Below are positions 24,617-38,667 of a stretch of DNA of 64,000 bases, in pieces. The stretch is taken from positions 80,414,001 through 80,478,000 of the forward strand of contig OZ024745.1 of assembly GCA_964016885.1 (NCBI GenBank). The letters are read 5' to 3'. Each line of letters begins with the position of its first letter. Within the stretch, counting starts at the first letter, position 1. The notes under the pieces are model-generated. The model did not search any database. It had not been told where the DNA came from and was given only the letters and a program-made list of their open reading frames with translations. This DNA is from Eledone cirrhosa (taxonomy: Eukaryota). The position numbers and the translations under genes were made by a program.

Positions 24617-25362
24617 AAGTTTAAAACAAATTGTATTTTCAAAGATTAATCTCCAAAGTTAAATCTATCCAAGAATGGATTCAACATAAGAGCTACATGT
24701 ATAACGTCTTACATTATATCATATCATCATAATTGTTTATATATCATCATCATCGTTTAACGTCCATCTTCGACGCTAACATGGGTTAGACAGTTTTGTT
24801 CCATTTGATGCGGGAATGGTCGGGAGACCATGTCTCACTCACATGGGAGGGTCCCTGGCAGGTTTTTTATAGCTGGATGCCCTTCCTAACACCGACCACA
24901 TTTACAGTTTGGACTGGGAGCTTTTTCACCTACACAGCTACCTTACAGTGTGGACTGTTGTGTCATCGACACAGTAGGGTGTATATTGAGTTAAGAGGTG
25001 CCTATTGACTGTAGATTTGTATACCATGGTAGTTGGGTCTTCTGTACAACTACATGGTGCCAAAGGTCTCGATCGAGTGTCATTGTCTTAGAGAGGTGTA
25101 GTTGAGCAAGGTCAGTTTTTATCACCTCGTCCCAGGGTTTTCTTGGTCTACCCACTCCGCAGCTTCCATCAATTTATATATACATACACATATGTACACA
25201 TATACATACATGCATGTATACATATATACATACACATATGTACACATATATATACATACATGCATGCATACATACATGCACACATACCTACATTCATACA
25301 TGTATGTATGCATATAGGTATGTGTCTATGTATGTATGCATGTATGTATATATATGTACATA

Positions 25363-25412
<50 letters not shown>

Positions 25413-25531
25413 CAATTATGATGATATGATATAATGTAAGACGTTATACATGTAGCTCTTATGTTGAATCCATTCTTGGATAGATTTAACTTTGGTGATT
25501 AATTTTTGAAAATAGAATTTGTTTTAAACTT
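24617..25531. repeat. ~120 bp inverted repeats flanking a retroposon fragment and microsatellite
   Basis: 24617-24737 vs reverse complement of 25412-25531 (TATCCAAGAATGGATTCAACATAAGAGCTACATGTATAACGTCTTAC). Confidence 0.85.
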
Positions 25532-25571
25532 TACTTTGTGCCTTTTTTATGTACTAAAGGTCATTATATAC

Positions 25572-25762
25572 CAGCAGTGGATTGGCAGTATCAGTAGAGG
25601 GTCGGACGCCATGCTTTGACGCATAGAGTTACGGCCCTTGCCATTCTGAGTTCAAATCCCGCCAAGGTTAACTTTGCCTTTCATCCTTACGGGGTTGATA
25701 AAATAAAGTACCAGTAATGCACTGGGTAATTGCTGGCCTTGTGCCAAAAGTAGAAACAATTA
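25572..25762 (+). mobile_element. SINE family A
   Basis: Near full-length match to 8906-9097. Confidence 0.92.
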
Positions 25763-27243
25763 TATAGCAAGGTTTTAAAGCCACTCAAGGTTATGGGTTA
25801 TGATGGACGTGGATGAAAGGATGGACGTGGAGAAAAGGATGATAAAGGGGAAATGGAAAAGTGATTGCTATAAGTGTGAAAATGCTTGAGAGTGGCTGAT
25901 CTTTTTATATAATAGGCTGGTTAAAACACCATCATAATGTTTATCAATGGCTACCTTTGTATGTACATAAGAGACTTTGCTCTTTTTCTAGTCTTTGTTC
26001 TGACAACTCCCATTGTTACATCAAACATTTAGTTCCATGCCTTAACATAAATGGAACTCAGTATAATTTAATACTGTATATTATTTTCAGAAGTTTTTCT
26101 GAATGCAAAGATATTTAATATAGGGTATATATAGTACTGGAGAGTGGTTGGTTATAGGGAGGGCATCTGGTCATAAAAAGCTTGCCAAGCAAAAGGTTTG
26201 GAGGACTCTTCAATTGTGTCATAACATGACAACCTCCCTAGTGCTGGTGCCATGATAAAATTCACTTGGTAAAACATGGGACTGTATGTAAGCAAGATAT
26301 GGAGCTCTTGGCCTGTCTAGGAAGTTAATAGCTTCGCTTATATGTTAGTTTTAGTATGGCTAGGAAGACATTAAAAACATGAATGCAACAGAGATTATTT
26401 CTGGTTCATCAGAGTTAATTGTAGAAAGATGATGCTGGTATTATGTTAGTTAATCAGGCGGTACAGGAACATCCCCAATGATGTTGAAGAAGTATCATTG
26501 CCAATTGTTATAAGAGTAAAGCAAATGCACAGAAGATAGGTGATTATAGCAGATTGAAACTGTTGAACCAAGTTTTAAAACTGGCCAAGAGAATCATAGC
26601 AGAGTGGATTAGATTGTCACTGGGATCTGGAACCATGACCTGTAACCAGGTTGATGTTTATCAGAACAATTCAAGCCATGTACAAGGGTGCTACAAGCAT
26701 AATCATGATTGGTAGCAAATTCAGTAAATAATTTAATATATCTAAGGTTCTGATTTTATCATTTGGGCAAATAAGGAAGAGCAGTGTTCCAAAACTTTCT
26801 AATAAATGGAAATTAGGAAGTTATTCTCAAACTAGATACCTTGTATGTATGTTTGCAGCAGGGACTACTTAATTAAAGGCACTGGATAGCCAGAGGGCTA
26901 ACCCTTTGATTAATATATTTCTAATGACAAACTATTTTTCAAATAATTAATTAAATATTTGGAAGGACTTAAATTATCTAGTATTTCATTACTAAGTAAC
27001 TTAACTTATGCTTCTTATACAAAATTATGTTAGAAGATTATAATTTAAATAAGAATTCCTTAAAATGGGTTTTCATAGTGCCAGGAGCAATTTTGACCAG
27101 GTTAGTATTAAAAGTGTTAAACTGGGTGATGGATTAATTCTACTAACCCCAAGGTTAAATCTGAAAGTGTAACAATTAAAAAAGAGGCATCTCAATATAG
27201 AGTTTCCTGTTCCATACAAAAGACAAACTTCATGAAGGCGTGC

Positions 27244-27408
27244 AATACTATGTGATATTAAGACAGGGATATTGAATAAGGTAGATCTATGGAGTCTAAT
27301 ACTATGTGATATTAAGGCAGGGATATTGAACGAAGTAGGCATAAGTAATGAAATATTATGTGATATTAAGACAGATATTAAATGAGGTAGATCTATGTAA
27401 CTGGAGTC
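27244..27408. repeat. Minisatellite, ~54 bp x 3
   Basis: AATACTATGTGATATTAAG.CAG(G)GATATT repeated. Confidence 0.8.
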
Positions 27409-27837
27409 ATTGGATGTGTAATATCAATGAATCCATCAAGTTCCTGCATCATAGTATTTCAATGGGCCTTAGAAATGCTTTGCAGTTTCCATCTTCTCTC
27501 CCAGCATCCAGTCCCTCACTAAGTTTAGCCTGCCAGCAGAAGCAGTTACTGGGTGTGGCTGAAAAATGTCCTAGAACCATAAATGTGAATCAGTGTACCC
27601 ATCCATTACTAAATGTAATATCTGTTATATTTGTTTTGGTTCATTAAACTCTGTCAAAATTTCCTAGAGAAAACTAGGATGTGCAAACAGTTTATGTTAT
27701 TAAAACAGACTTTTGATTGATTTTCATTCTGGTTCACAAAATCTACAAAATATCTAAGATAAAGCTCAAACCTTTCTTTTGTAAATCATAAAACCCCCCA
27801 GCAAAAACCCATTCAATTTCAGGAAATATCTCTTTAA

Positions 27838-28263
27838 CCCTTTTGGTACCAAAACCACCTGAAACCACTTCTGTTTCTATGATACAAAATATTTATCTAA
27901 AAATTGCCCTATAATTTGCCATAATATATGTAGGAATTTTTGTGAAATTATGTTCTAAATACTAGCTTAATGTTGAGAAAGTTTGTTATATTACTAAATC
28001 TCTTTAGATTTTCAATTATCAAAATTAGTTGAAAACCATAGGCATTAGAAATATGGTAACAAATGTGTTAAAGTGTTTGCATTTATCTAAAAACCTTCCA
28101 TCAGAATTTTATGTAAGAATTTTTGTTAAGTTATGTTCCAAACATCAGCTTAATAATGAGAAAGTTAATTATATTACTAAATCTCTCCACATTCTTGATT
28201 ATTTTCAAAATTATTTGAAGATCAGAGGCAGTGTCTATCATCAGAAATGTGTGAACGAAAGGG
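27838..28263. mobile_element. piggyBac-type MITE
   Basis: TTAA|CCCTTT ... AAAGGG|TTAA termini; internal duplication of a ~170 bp segment. Confidence 0.7.
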
Positions 28264-28918
28264 TTAAATGAAAGGAAAAGCAATGAATACTTTTTTAGCC
28301 TGATAAAATCAATAAGAATGACGATGATTTATAATAGAAGGAAAATTATTGTGTTCACAGTAAAGATATTTTATGAAAAAATATACAGTGTTTTGTTTGC
28401 TGCAAGAGATATTAATCAATAACTTGGATTGTAAATGTATATTAGAAACATATGGTGCAGATATTGTAGGCTAGATTCACATTGGATTTAAAAAATGGGA
28501 ACAAATTGACTTAAAGCAGAGTGGGCTGCCAATCAATGGGAAATATTCATGTCAAGTTGTTATTTGTATTCTGTAATGGATAGAAACAAATTGTGTATTT
28601 AACTGTGTAGCTGAGTTGTAATTATGTTGGATTGTTGAACAAAATGAGCACTGCTTCATATTCATTGTTAAGATTAAGACATTGGTGACTTAATTCTTTA
28701 ATTACCAAATTTCTAATAGGATACTGCTTATGGTTTTCAAATCATTTTGAAGATAACCAAACATTTTGAAGGATAAAGTAATATAACTAACTTCCTCATT
28801 ATTAAGCCACTATTTGGAACAAAACTTAATAAAAGTTTTTATATGAAATTATGATAAAAGGTTTCTTAAATAAATATAAACACTTTAAAACAAACTGTTG
28901 TGTATTATTATAGAACCA

Positions 28919-29110
28919 GGGCGGTGGATTGGCAGTATCGGTAGAGCGTCAGACACCATGCTTTGCAGCATAGAGTTACGTCCCTTTATGATCTGAGTTC
29001 AAATCCCGCCGAGGTCAACTTTGCCTTTCATCCTTACGGGGGCCGATAATAAAGTACCAGTAATGTACTAGGATAATTGCTGGCCTTGTGCCAAAAGTAG
29101 AAACAATTAT
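28919..29110 (+). mobile_element. SINE family A with imperfect TSD
   Basis: Full length; ATTATTATAGAA(C/T)CA on both sides. Confidence 0.92.
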
Positions 29111-30478
29111 TATAGAATCAAGGGATGGAGTTTCAGGCGATTTGATATCAAAACGATTAAAACCATTTATCTCCTGACATGACAAAAAGCACCCAGTCTA
29201 CCCTGTCAGATCGTTGTTTACGTGCCCCAATAAAAAGCATCTAGTCCACACTGTAATGTGTTTGGCATTAAGGAGGGCATCCAGCCATAGAAACCAAGCT
29301 ATCCAAACATGGAAAGTGGATGTTAAATGGTAGTGATGGTGATGATGATATATCTCAACTATTATGTGAAAATAAGTTTTTGTTGGCTTGAAAGATTTAA
29401 ATGAACCCAGATCACCTTGTTTTAAAAACATGTATCAGGTTCAGGGCAGCTCATTTTTGGAAACTGTAGGGATATAACTGTTAATGGTAAGTGTTTTTTT
29501 TTTTCAGCTTGTAGTGGTGAGTTCTAGTCATTATCATTATGTCATACCAGGAGAAGGAGGAATTTTGTTTGGGTGAATTCTCATAGATACACTTCATGAA
29601 AACAATAGACTCCAGTATTTTTCTATAATCCAATGAAAATTTTAAAAATATATATTATAAACATTTGATTCTAGAACTTACATTAATGTCCATTAAAGAG
29701 TCAATATCCTTTTCTTGACTGTTTATCTACTTATCACTGCTGTAAATAAGCCCCTGACGAGACGGCTTATTTACAGCAGGGAATTATATTCTTAGTCTGG
29801 GTTTTGCTGTCAAGCAGCAAGAGCTCAGCCGTTGGGCTCTGACTTTCTAATTATATATATATATATATAAACATGAAGGTCAGTTGACAGTTGCAATGTT
29901 AAGATTGAGAAACATAGCACATTGTACACGTTCTGATCAGTGCTAATAGAAAAAACAAAAAAGCAAAAAAAAAACAATGGCTGAAACAGAAACAATAGGC
30001 TTTGAAACACTGAAATGCTGATGGTAATTTGTGATGGATCCAAGGCTGGAAACGACAGTTGAAGTTTGAATATTAACGCCTAAGTTTTGAATTATAATTT
30101 TTTTCTTGTTTTACTTCCATTTATGTATTTGAGAGTATGTATGGGATGGTTTATGTATATGAACAATTGTTTATACAACTTGATACGTATTCTACTGATA
30201 ACAATCCAAAAATGAAATAGGAGTGGCGCCTCTTGTTTATATTCAGTCAATTAATTTGGAGGATTTGCAATTACTGAACAGGATGCATGGTTTATTTCAT
30301 CCTCCCCAAAACAATGTTGATAAGCTGTACTTATTGAGAAAAAAATAAAAAATGGAAGTAATCTGATAGGTTGTGAAGGTTGTTTAAGTTCAAAGGAAAA
30401 TAGTCTTGGATGGCACATAAAACATGCAACAGAAACACTCTTGATTGAAGTTAAAAAGTCTGATATTATTGGCACATA

Positions 30479-31045
30479 TGTAGTGACCTACATTCCGCGG
30501 GCTCATATACATTCTCCGTGCGTTATTTGGCTCAGCCCAGCCAATGACCACCAGCGGAGGAGAATGTATTTCTACGCGCCCTGAGGGAAAAATTCCTGCG
30601 TCGATTCGAGAAATCTCTCTCTTGCTGCTTGAACGGCGAAAGACCAACACAAACAATGTAACGGTGAGATTTGCACTTTGGCCTGTCGGCCTTCTTTGGG
30701 CCAGCCTGGCACAATGCCACATTCCTTTTGTAACCCTTTTATGTTTAACTTCAACCATACAATTTAACAAACATTACTTTGTGCTACAACAGGGCGGTGG
30801 ATTGGCAGTATTGGTAGAGGGTCGGACGCCTTGCTTTGACGCATAGAGTTACGGCCCTTGCCATTCTGAGTTCAAATCCCGCCGAGGTTAACTTTGCCTT
30901 TCATCCTTACGGGGTCGATAAAATAAAGTACCAGTAATACACTGGGTAATTGTTGGCCTTGTGCCTAAAGTAGAAATAATTACTTTGTGCTACAACAAAT
31001 AAACATTCATTTCATCTCTTATTTCTCTTGTTGACATTCATCATA
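30479..31045 (+). mobile_element. Possible solo LTR interrupted by a SINE
   Basis: Starts TGTAGTGA, GC-richer than flanks, CCAAT and AATAAA present; no clean TSD seen. Confidence 0.35.
30792..30978 (+). mobile_element. SINE family A with perfect 19-bp TSD
   Basis: ATTACTTTGTGCTACAACA at 30773-30791 and 30979-30997. Confidence 0.95.
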
Positions 31046-31443
31046 ATTATCCGTGCTGATATTCCTATCAAAATTATATACCTCACTGCTAAACATACTG
31101 TAATGTGGAAAAGGAGAGATTCAAAAGAAGAAAGAGTGAGGAACATGAAAGTAGATGGAAAGAAAAGGAGATGCATGGTCAATTTACAAAAGATGTTGGC
31201 AGAAAAACTGATGAGATTGGGAAGTGAAAGTTGCTGATAAAGTGTGACTTGAAACCAGAAACTGAAGCAAACACTCAGGACAAACTAGGAGAAGTATAAA
31301 ACAGAAGAAAGGAGGTAGATGTAAAAGCTAAACTTGCTATCTTCAATTCAGTATTCATGCCAACCTTTACCTATGGTCATGAATCTTGGGTAATGACTGA
31401 AAGGATATGATTGCGAATACAAATGGTGTTTCTCTGAAGGGTC

Positions 31444-33641
31444 TGTAGCAAGAGTTGCCTCCCTTGTTGTGACGATGACATCACCAATAGAGTAACGCTC
31501 TCTAGACAGGAAGTAGCTGGAGTTGCTTCCTGTTGGGGTGGCAGAGCCCTTTTTGTCACTTCCGCTCCAGGACCTATAAAGGGAATAACTTTCTCTCTCT
31601 CTCATTTGCCTTTCAGCTCCTGGCCTTCTAACCTGCCTGGCCCTTCGGCCAGGCGCGTTCGTCTGGCAACCCTAACATGGCCTCTTGCGAGCTAACAACA
31701 GAACGGTAACAAATAACTTTACTTCATTCTTTCATCTACTTTCATTGACTTGTCAACTATACTATTTTACATAACTGCAAATTGTTAATTAAACTTTATA
31801 TACACAAACCACGTCTCTTGTTATATTCATACAATCCAGTATTTTGTTATAAGTGGTGACCCCGAATAGAAAAGAAAAAAATAACAGAATCTGGTGTTGT
31901 GTGAGTATGGAAAAAAGAAAATTAATTGGCAGTACCCCATTTTCGTTGGAATGTGTCGACCAACATTTCGAATACGCAGCAAACTTTATTAACAAACTAG
32001 GAAAATACGCAGACACAGAAACGAACACATGCACATGTGAAATTCTCATTCAGACAGACTCTTTTTCTCTTACGCACGTGTCGTACATCAACTAAGTGTC
32101 GCATTTCACTGGATGTATATATATGTTTTTCGTTTCTTACAATGAACATTTAAAAAAAAAAAAAAAAAAAATTTGATATTTTTTTTTTTACACATTTCAA
32201 CATATTTATTTTCGCTGAATCTCAACTATTGCTTGTTCTTTCCGCCAAGCATTTTTCATCGTTCACAAAAAAGTTGAACTCGCTATATTTGTTATACCAA
32301 GTGAAGCCTTTCTTTCTTTTTCATCATATTATCACGTTCACACACAAATTTTTCAAAAAGGCTGCTAACGACCTGCTGCACTATCATTTTCGCGCCATTT
32401 TCTCGCGCAATAGAAATATATATATATTTTTTTCAACTTAACTTTGTTTCGGCACGTGTAGGCAGCACACATCTCGACTCACTGAGATAACCACACGCCA
32501 GGGATAATGTTTCTCGCCAAGGATTCTCTAGCCTTAAGCTATATTCTCCTATTTGCCGTTTTAAAAATTTACCACGTAAATTTGCCATTGAAAACTGCGC
32601 ATTTATTCAGAATGCTTATTTCTTTGGTCGCTGGCCTCTTGACCCTTCCAGGTCAACGCATTCTCAACATCGACCATCAACTTCGGCTGTTATTTCTAGC
32701 ACTTTGCGCAACTCATTTTTCTTCTGGGAAAATTTTTACTGTGAATTTAAACATCGAATACGCTCACTCCGCGAGACAACAACATCAACAACAACACAGC
32801 TTCATCAACAATCAAAACCAGCAGAACAAGCCAGAGAATTTATGTTTGCAGCACTCTTCTTGTGAGAAAATCCCTTCGGGGGTTGGAAATTTCACGTTAT
32901 ACCACATACCAGAAACCACCTGCATTCATTCTCTGGAACACACTTTCTTTCCTGCTGTCATGTGATTGCACACATGTGAACTGTATTTTGAACATTTGAA
33001 CTTTGACCGCTTCTTTTACTTTGATTACATTGTATCTTTGAATAATGGATAGATAGTTCTCTGGCCAAGAGCGGTTGGCTACCTTGATATCTATCATTGA
33101 TTTTTCCATGCATATATTTTGCTGTTTTCCTTTTATTGCAAACATTTTTTTTTCGTAATTTTCATGCCTGTTACATGCTCGCCATCTTACTCCATACATA
33201 TTTCATTCGATTTTTATGTTTTAAAAATCTGGCGGGGGATAACGTAGCAAGAGTTGCCTCCCTTGTTATGACGATGACATCACCAATAGAGTAACGCTCT
33301 CTAGACAGGAAGTAGCTGGAGTTGCTTCCCGTTGGGGTGGCAGAGCCCTTTTTGTCACTTCCGCTCCAGGACCTATAAAGGGAATAACTTTCTCTCTCTC
33401 TCATTTGCCTTTCGGCTCCTGGCCTTCTAACCTGGCCTTCTAACGCGTTCGTCTGGCAACCCTAACATGGCCTCTTGCGAGCTAACAACAGAACGGTAAC
33501 AAATAACTTTACTTCATTCTTTCATCTACTTTCATTGACTTGTCAACTATACTATTTTACATAACTGCAAATTGTTAATTAAACTTTATATACACAAACC
33601 ACGTCTCTTGTTATATTCATACAATCCAGTATTTTGTTATA
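31444..33641 (+). mobile_element. Complete non-autonomous LTR retroelement (Gypsy-like signals)
   Basis: LTRs 31444-31851 and 33243-33641; PBS TGGTGACCCCGA at 31854-31865 (complementary to the tRNA-Trp 3' end); purine-rich GGCGGGGGATAA before the 3' LTR; 4-bp TSD GGTC; inserted in an RTE remnant. Confidence 0.93.
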
Positions 33642-36244
33642 GGTCTTTTGATTAACATTACTTGATATAGTGCATAGCTTGGAGATCAAAGAGTTGCTCT
33701 AGGTAGAGCTGCTACTACTCTGAATTGAGAGATTATAGATCTGATATTTCAGAAATGTGGTTAGAATGTTTCAGGAAAGAATTGCTGGACAGATTTTAAG
33801 GTCAAAACTAACTGGTAGGAGACCTAGGGGTAGACACTGAGCAAGATGGTTGGGTAACATCCATGAGCTTGGCTGGTCGTTTGGGGACCTGGCTGGTTCA
33901 TTTGGAGATGGTTGCTTTTGACAGGTCCTGGAAATCATATCTGAGGACTTTGGCCCCATGACCCTCCCAGAAATAAGTGGGTGAAGAAGAAGAAGAAAAC
34001 TGCCACTTTGAAAGGATGAAAGAAAGACATAAAGAGGCAGAATAAATATCACAAGACCGTCTTATCTGATCCTCTAATTCTGCCAATCTACCACCCTGGA
34101 GTGAGCTTCAAACTCAGAATGCAGAGAACTGAAACAAACACTGCTAGATATTTTGTTCTATGCTCTAATGACTTTGCCCACTGTCTTACAAGTGGTATTG
34201 TGAAATGAGAAATGTAAATTTGCTTACTTGCCAATCCTGCTCTAATCGTCACTCTAAAATAAATCTGTAAAAATTCTACCTACCCAGACTCTGATAAGCA
34301 ATCAACAAGTCTACCTGTAGCCTACGCACAGATGTGTCTATACTCTACTTCACATAGTGAGAATGAGAGCCAATCTGTCCAAGAAGCAGGCCCTGTCACT
34401 AATCCCCTTCCATATATGTAACATCACCACCCCATAACTCCACTGGTAAACTGTGTCACTTAGTGAAATAGTACTTTTCCTGTCTTCATCTGGAGAGAAA
34501 AGAAAATGACTACATGTAATGCTTTACTACTAAGATTTCATTGTCCTTAATAAATGAGTCCTGTTTGTATTAATTTGTATTAGGTAGTAATAATAATGAA
34601 AATTATTGTGTACAGTGCTCAGGTGCACTACAAGTATGAGTCTGTAGAAGACAACAAGAATTATTCTCTTCATATCAACTCAACTTTGATGTAGTGGTGA
34701 TGACACTGAAACAAAATTGTATGACTTTATCTAATCAAGGTACAGATGGAAGTGAACTCCACACTTTTACAAGTTAAAAACGCACCTGCTGATTTATGAG
34801 GCACCAGCTGATTACAACAGTAACCTGGATCAACTCTTTCTAACTTGCCAGATTACGAACCTTCAGAATGGTAGTCAAGACATATGAACTTAATTGGCTT
34901 CAACTCAACAGCAAGAGAGAAACTTTAAAATATATGTTTATACTTTGTTTTTTAAGATAGGTTTCAAGTAATAAGGGAAATAGAATGTTGTTTTTTTAAA
35001 TGAGGGAGATAGGCAGTGATCTGACCCTTTTCATGGATACTGAGACATGTAAGAAAAAGTGAGGAAGTTATTCTCAGACTGGCTCTGGTCTAAATATTAG
35101 CAACAAACATTGCTAATGGCATCCAAAGGTTAGGTTGGTGATGTTAAACTTGGCAAGGAAGTAAGTCTACTACTCAAGAATAAGAATAGTGTTTTTAGTG
35201 GGCTTCTGCACAGTTTCCATTTCATTCACATGATTTTGGCAAACCCAAAGCCATGGTAGGAGACATTTGTCGAAGGTGCCACAAAATGGGATCAATCTTA
35301 GAACTAAGAGATTCCAGAGACTTCTTAATCACATAGTTATGTCTGTACAATCCTCTTCAGCACAACTGTTTGACCAAAATAGGTGTGTAAGATAAAGTCA
35401 CATTACTACCCATTTTTCTTTTTCTTCTAATTCCACACTGCACATACAGACTAAACACCAATGCAGTTCCTGTAACGTTAGATTTGTCAGAGATTTGTTC
35501 TCATGTGTCATACATTGAGAACATTAGGAAATACAGTGTTTGTTCGTTTGATATCAGCAAACAGTGGCATAAAAACTTCTTCAGGCTTCTATATGTTTTT
35601 CATCTCTAAGATCAATCATTTCTTGTCAGACCTTTTCAAAGTAGCTTGTGTTGATGAAATTTTCTGTCTAACATTATATCAACTATAATATGCCTCAGGG
35701 TTTGATTATGTCTAACACAATCTTCCGTTTATATGTCTTTAATGATCATACAATTACTTCTATTAACTGACATGCACCTATGGAGATAATACCATCCTTC
35801 ATTCCTCCTTAAATCTTTCATAAAAGGTGCCGTCTCCACACAACCTAGACTTGTGTTACATCCACAAACTCAAATCTTAAAACTTCAAAAACATCCTTAA
35901 CTGCAAATGAGGACATGACAACTTACTCTTCCTGACTACACATATCAAGGAAACCATCTTGCAACATAACATCCTTCTTACTCAATACATGACTAAAGCT
36001 CTCAAACTTGCTACAGAGCACAAATGTAAACCTACATAAGAGTCAGTATGAAGATGATCATCATCACTATTTAATGCCTAGTTTTCCATGCTTGCAACTA
36101 CTTACATATACTAAATGTTTTAAGGCAGTAAGTTATGAGATCAGGGAATTTGGCTTTTATTTCTACCAGCTTGAATGACTGCAGTGAGACTCCTGGGTTT
36201 TACTTACAGAAGTTTAAAACACAAGTTTGGGAGAACCTGCATAT

Positions 36245-36970
36245 ATATAGTTATGAACTCATAGGTTGCATTTGGAATAGAGGATGGAATTTCTACCTAC
36301 ACACTGAGCAAGGCCATTTCCACAAGGGGATCAGGGCTCTGTTTTCTCTTCTACTTACTAGGGCCTTAGTCTTTGTTAGGTTGACTTTAAGACTCTTTGT
36401 TTCTTGGTCATGCTTCGAGATTTGGAATTTCTTCTCTAGTTTCACCATAGACTCAGCTATGAGTGTAAGATCACCAGGAGTACCCATGGGCAGCCGGTCT
36501 TAAATTCCTCTGTTATCATCTGCAGTACAATAATAAACAGGAGAGGGATAAGAACAGAGCCCTGGTGGATGCCAACCTACATGCAAAAATTCCTCGCTAT
36601 AGTTGTTGTTAATTGATAATCCTAACTTTGCCACAGCTCCCCTATACATGGCTTGTACAGTCTTCACAAGCCACTCATTTACTTCTAGTTTTCTAAGCGC
36701 CCACAAGATTATGGCATGGGGGGGACTCTGTCAATAGCTTTCTCCAGATCAACAAATGCCAGGTAGAGCAGCTTACATTTCGCTAGGTACTTTTCCTGTA
36801 GCTGCTTCACCAGGAAGAGAGCATTTGTGGTGCCTTTACCTGGTACAAATCCAAACTGCATCTCATCTAGATTTACCCAGTCCCTAATCAACTGTGCTAT
36901 AACTCTTTCTGTTACTTTCATGACAGGGTCCATCAACTATAGTTTCCTCTATCTAGTGCATCTCCTTTAC
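36245..36970 (-). mobile_element. RTE-type LINE RT fragment
   Basis: MQFGFVPGKGTTNALFLVKQLQEKY..LYLAFVDLEKAIDRVP. Confidence 0.9.
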
Positions 36971-37029
36971 CCTTGTATCATCATCATCATCATTTTATGT
37001 CCACTTTTCCCTGCTTGTATATATATATA

Positions 37030-37583
37030 TCTAGAATAAGTACAGGTTGGAAGAAGTTTAGGGAGCTGCTTCCTTTGCTGACAAAGAAGGGTTTCTCCCT
37101 GCATACGAAAGGCTGGTTATATGATGCCTGTGTGAGGTGTGCGATGCTGCATGGTAGTGAGACATGGGTAGCAACTGCAGAGGATATGTGACGGCTGGAG
37201 AGAAATGAAGCAAGCATGCTCTGTTGGATGTGCAATATCAATGTGCATGAGCGACCGAGCATGGATGTGTTGAAAGAGAAGCTGTGTTTAAGAGGGATAA
37301 GTTATAGCGTGCGGGAGAGAAGACTACAATGGTATGGACATGTGATGCGCATGGAAGATGACCGCTGGGTGAAGAAGTGCCGAGAAATGCCAGTAGAAGG
37401 AAGACGCAGTAGAGGATGACCATGAAAAACATGGGCGGAGGTGGTGAGAGCAGACCTCAGATAGCTGAAACTCACGGAGGAGATGACGACGGACTGTGAC
37501 AAGTGGAGAGATGCTGTGCTGAATATGATCCGTCCCACCCTTGCAAGCAGGGAAAAGTGGACGTAAAATGATGATGATGATGA
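37030..37583 (+). mobile_element. RTE-type LINE 3' end with (GAT)n tail
   Basis: GWKKFRELLPLL..AMLHGSETW..ERRLQWYGHVMRM; tail AAAAGTGGACGTAAAATGATGATG. Confidence 0.92.
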
Positions 37584-37607
37584 TATATATATATATATAT
37601 ATAATCA

Positions 37608-37821
37608 GTCGATCGACTTTCGTCAAATCGGACCGAGGAAACAATGTTTCCGTTGGTCTTTCCAATTGCTAATACTATCTATCGGGCGCAACTCCAGGTA
37701 GAAGGAGTAACGTGAAATAAAGTGTCTTGCCCAAGGACATAACACATCGCCTGGTCCGGGAATCGAACTCACAACCTCATGATTGCGAATCCAATTCTCT
37801 AACCACTCAGCCACGCGCCTT

Positions 37822-37822
<1 letters not shown>
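37608..37822 (-). mobile_element. tRNA-derived SINE family C
   Basis: Reverse complement of 39322-39537; GGCGCGTGGCTGAGTGGTTAG head, GAGTTCGATTCC B-box. Confidence 0.9.
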
Positions 37823-37864
<42 letters not shown>

Positions 37865-37904
37865 ATATATTTACATATATATATATATTTACATATATAT
37901 ATAT

Positions 37905-38470
37905 TTACATATAAGTATGTATACGTACATACATATATGTATACAGATGTACAGTAGTATGTATATACATACATACATGCACATATATATATAGGTTTAT
38001 CGAACATTTATTATAATTGTTTCTACTTTAGGCACAAGGCCAGCAATTAACCAGTACATTACTGGTACTTTATTTTATCGACCCCGTAAGGATGAAAGGC
38101 AAAGTTAACCTCGGCGGGATTTGAACTCATACTGTAAAGGGACGTAACTATGCTAGACAGCATGGCGTCCGACCCTCTACCGAACATTTATTATAATGCT
38201 AGCTAATAAGCTAGAAGCTAGCTCATCGTTCCTTTGTCAGTGTTGAACAAAATGGCAACGATGGTTGCTGAACACTGTACGGCTAATAATTCGGGCTGTT
38301 TGTTTACAAACAAACCGAGCATTATAATAAATGTTCGGTAAACCCATACGTACATATATATATGTGTGCATATACTGTAAGTTGTATACATATATGAATG
38401 TACGTATACATACTTATATTTAAGTATCAGCCGTACTAAGAGTGAGAAATGAAATGTCATTTTTTCGATT
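37905..38470. mobile_element. Hammerhead family B fold-back with a SINE A near its centre
   Basis: Arms match 16084-17048; right arm starts at stem II (TAGCTAATAAGCTAGAAGCTAG) at ~38200. Confidence 0.8.
38013..38182 (-). mobile_element. SINE family A
   Basis: Reverse-complement match; flanked by repeated CGAACATTTATTATAAT. Confidence 0.9.
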
Positions 38471-38667
38471 TATATATTTACATATATATATATATTTACA
38501 AGCAGGGAAAAGTGGATGTAAAATGATGATGATGATATATATATGAATGTATGTATAGTATATTTGGGAATATATACCATATGTTTAATTAAAAACATTT
38601 AGAAGACCATATGCTATCAGTTTTAAAGTACTGACTATGTCACTTCTTTTTGGCGAAAGAAGGGAGA

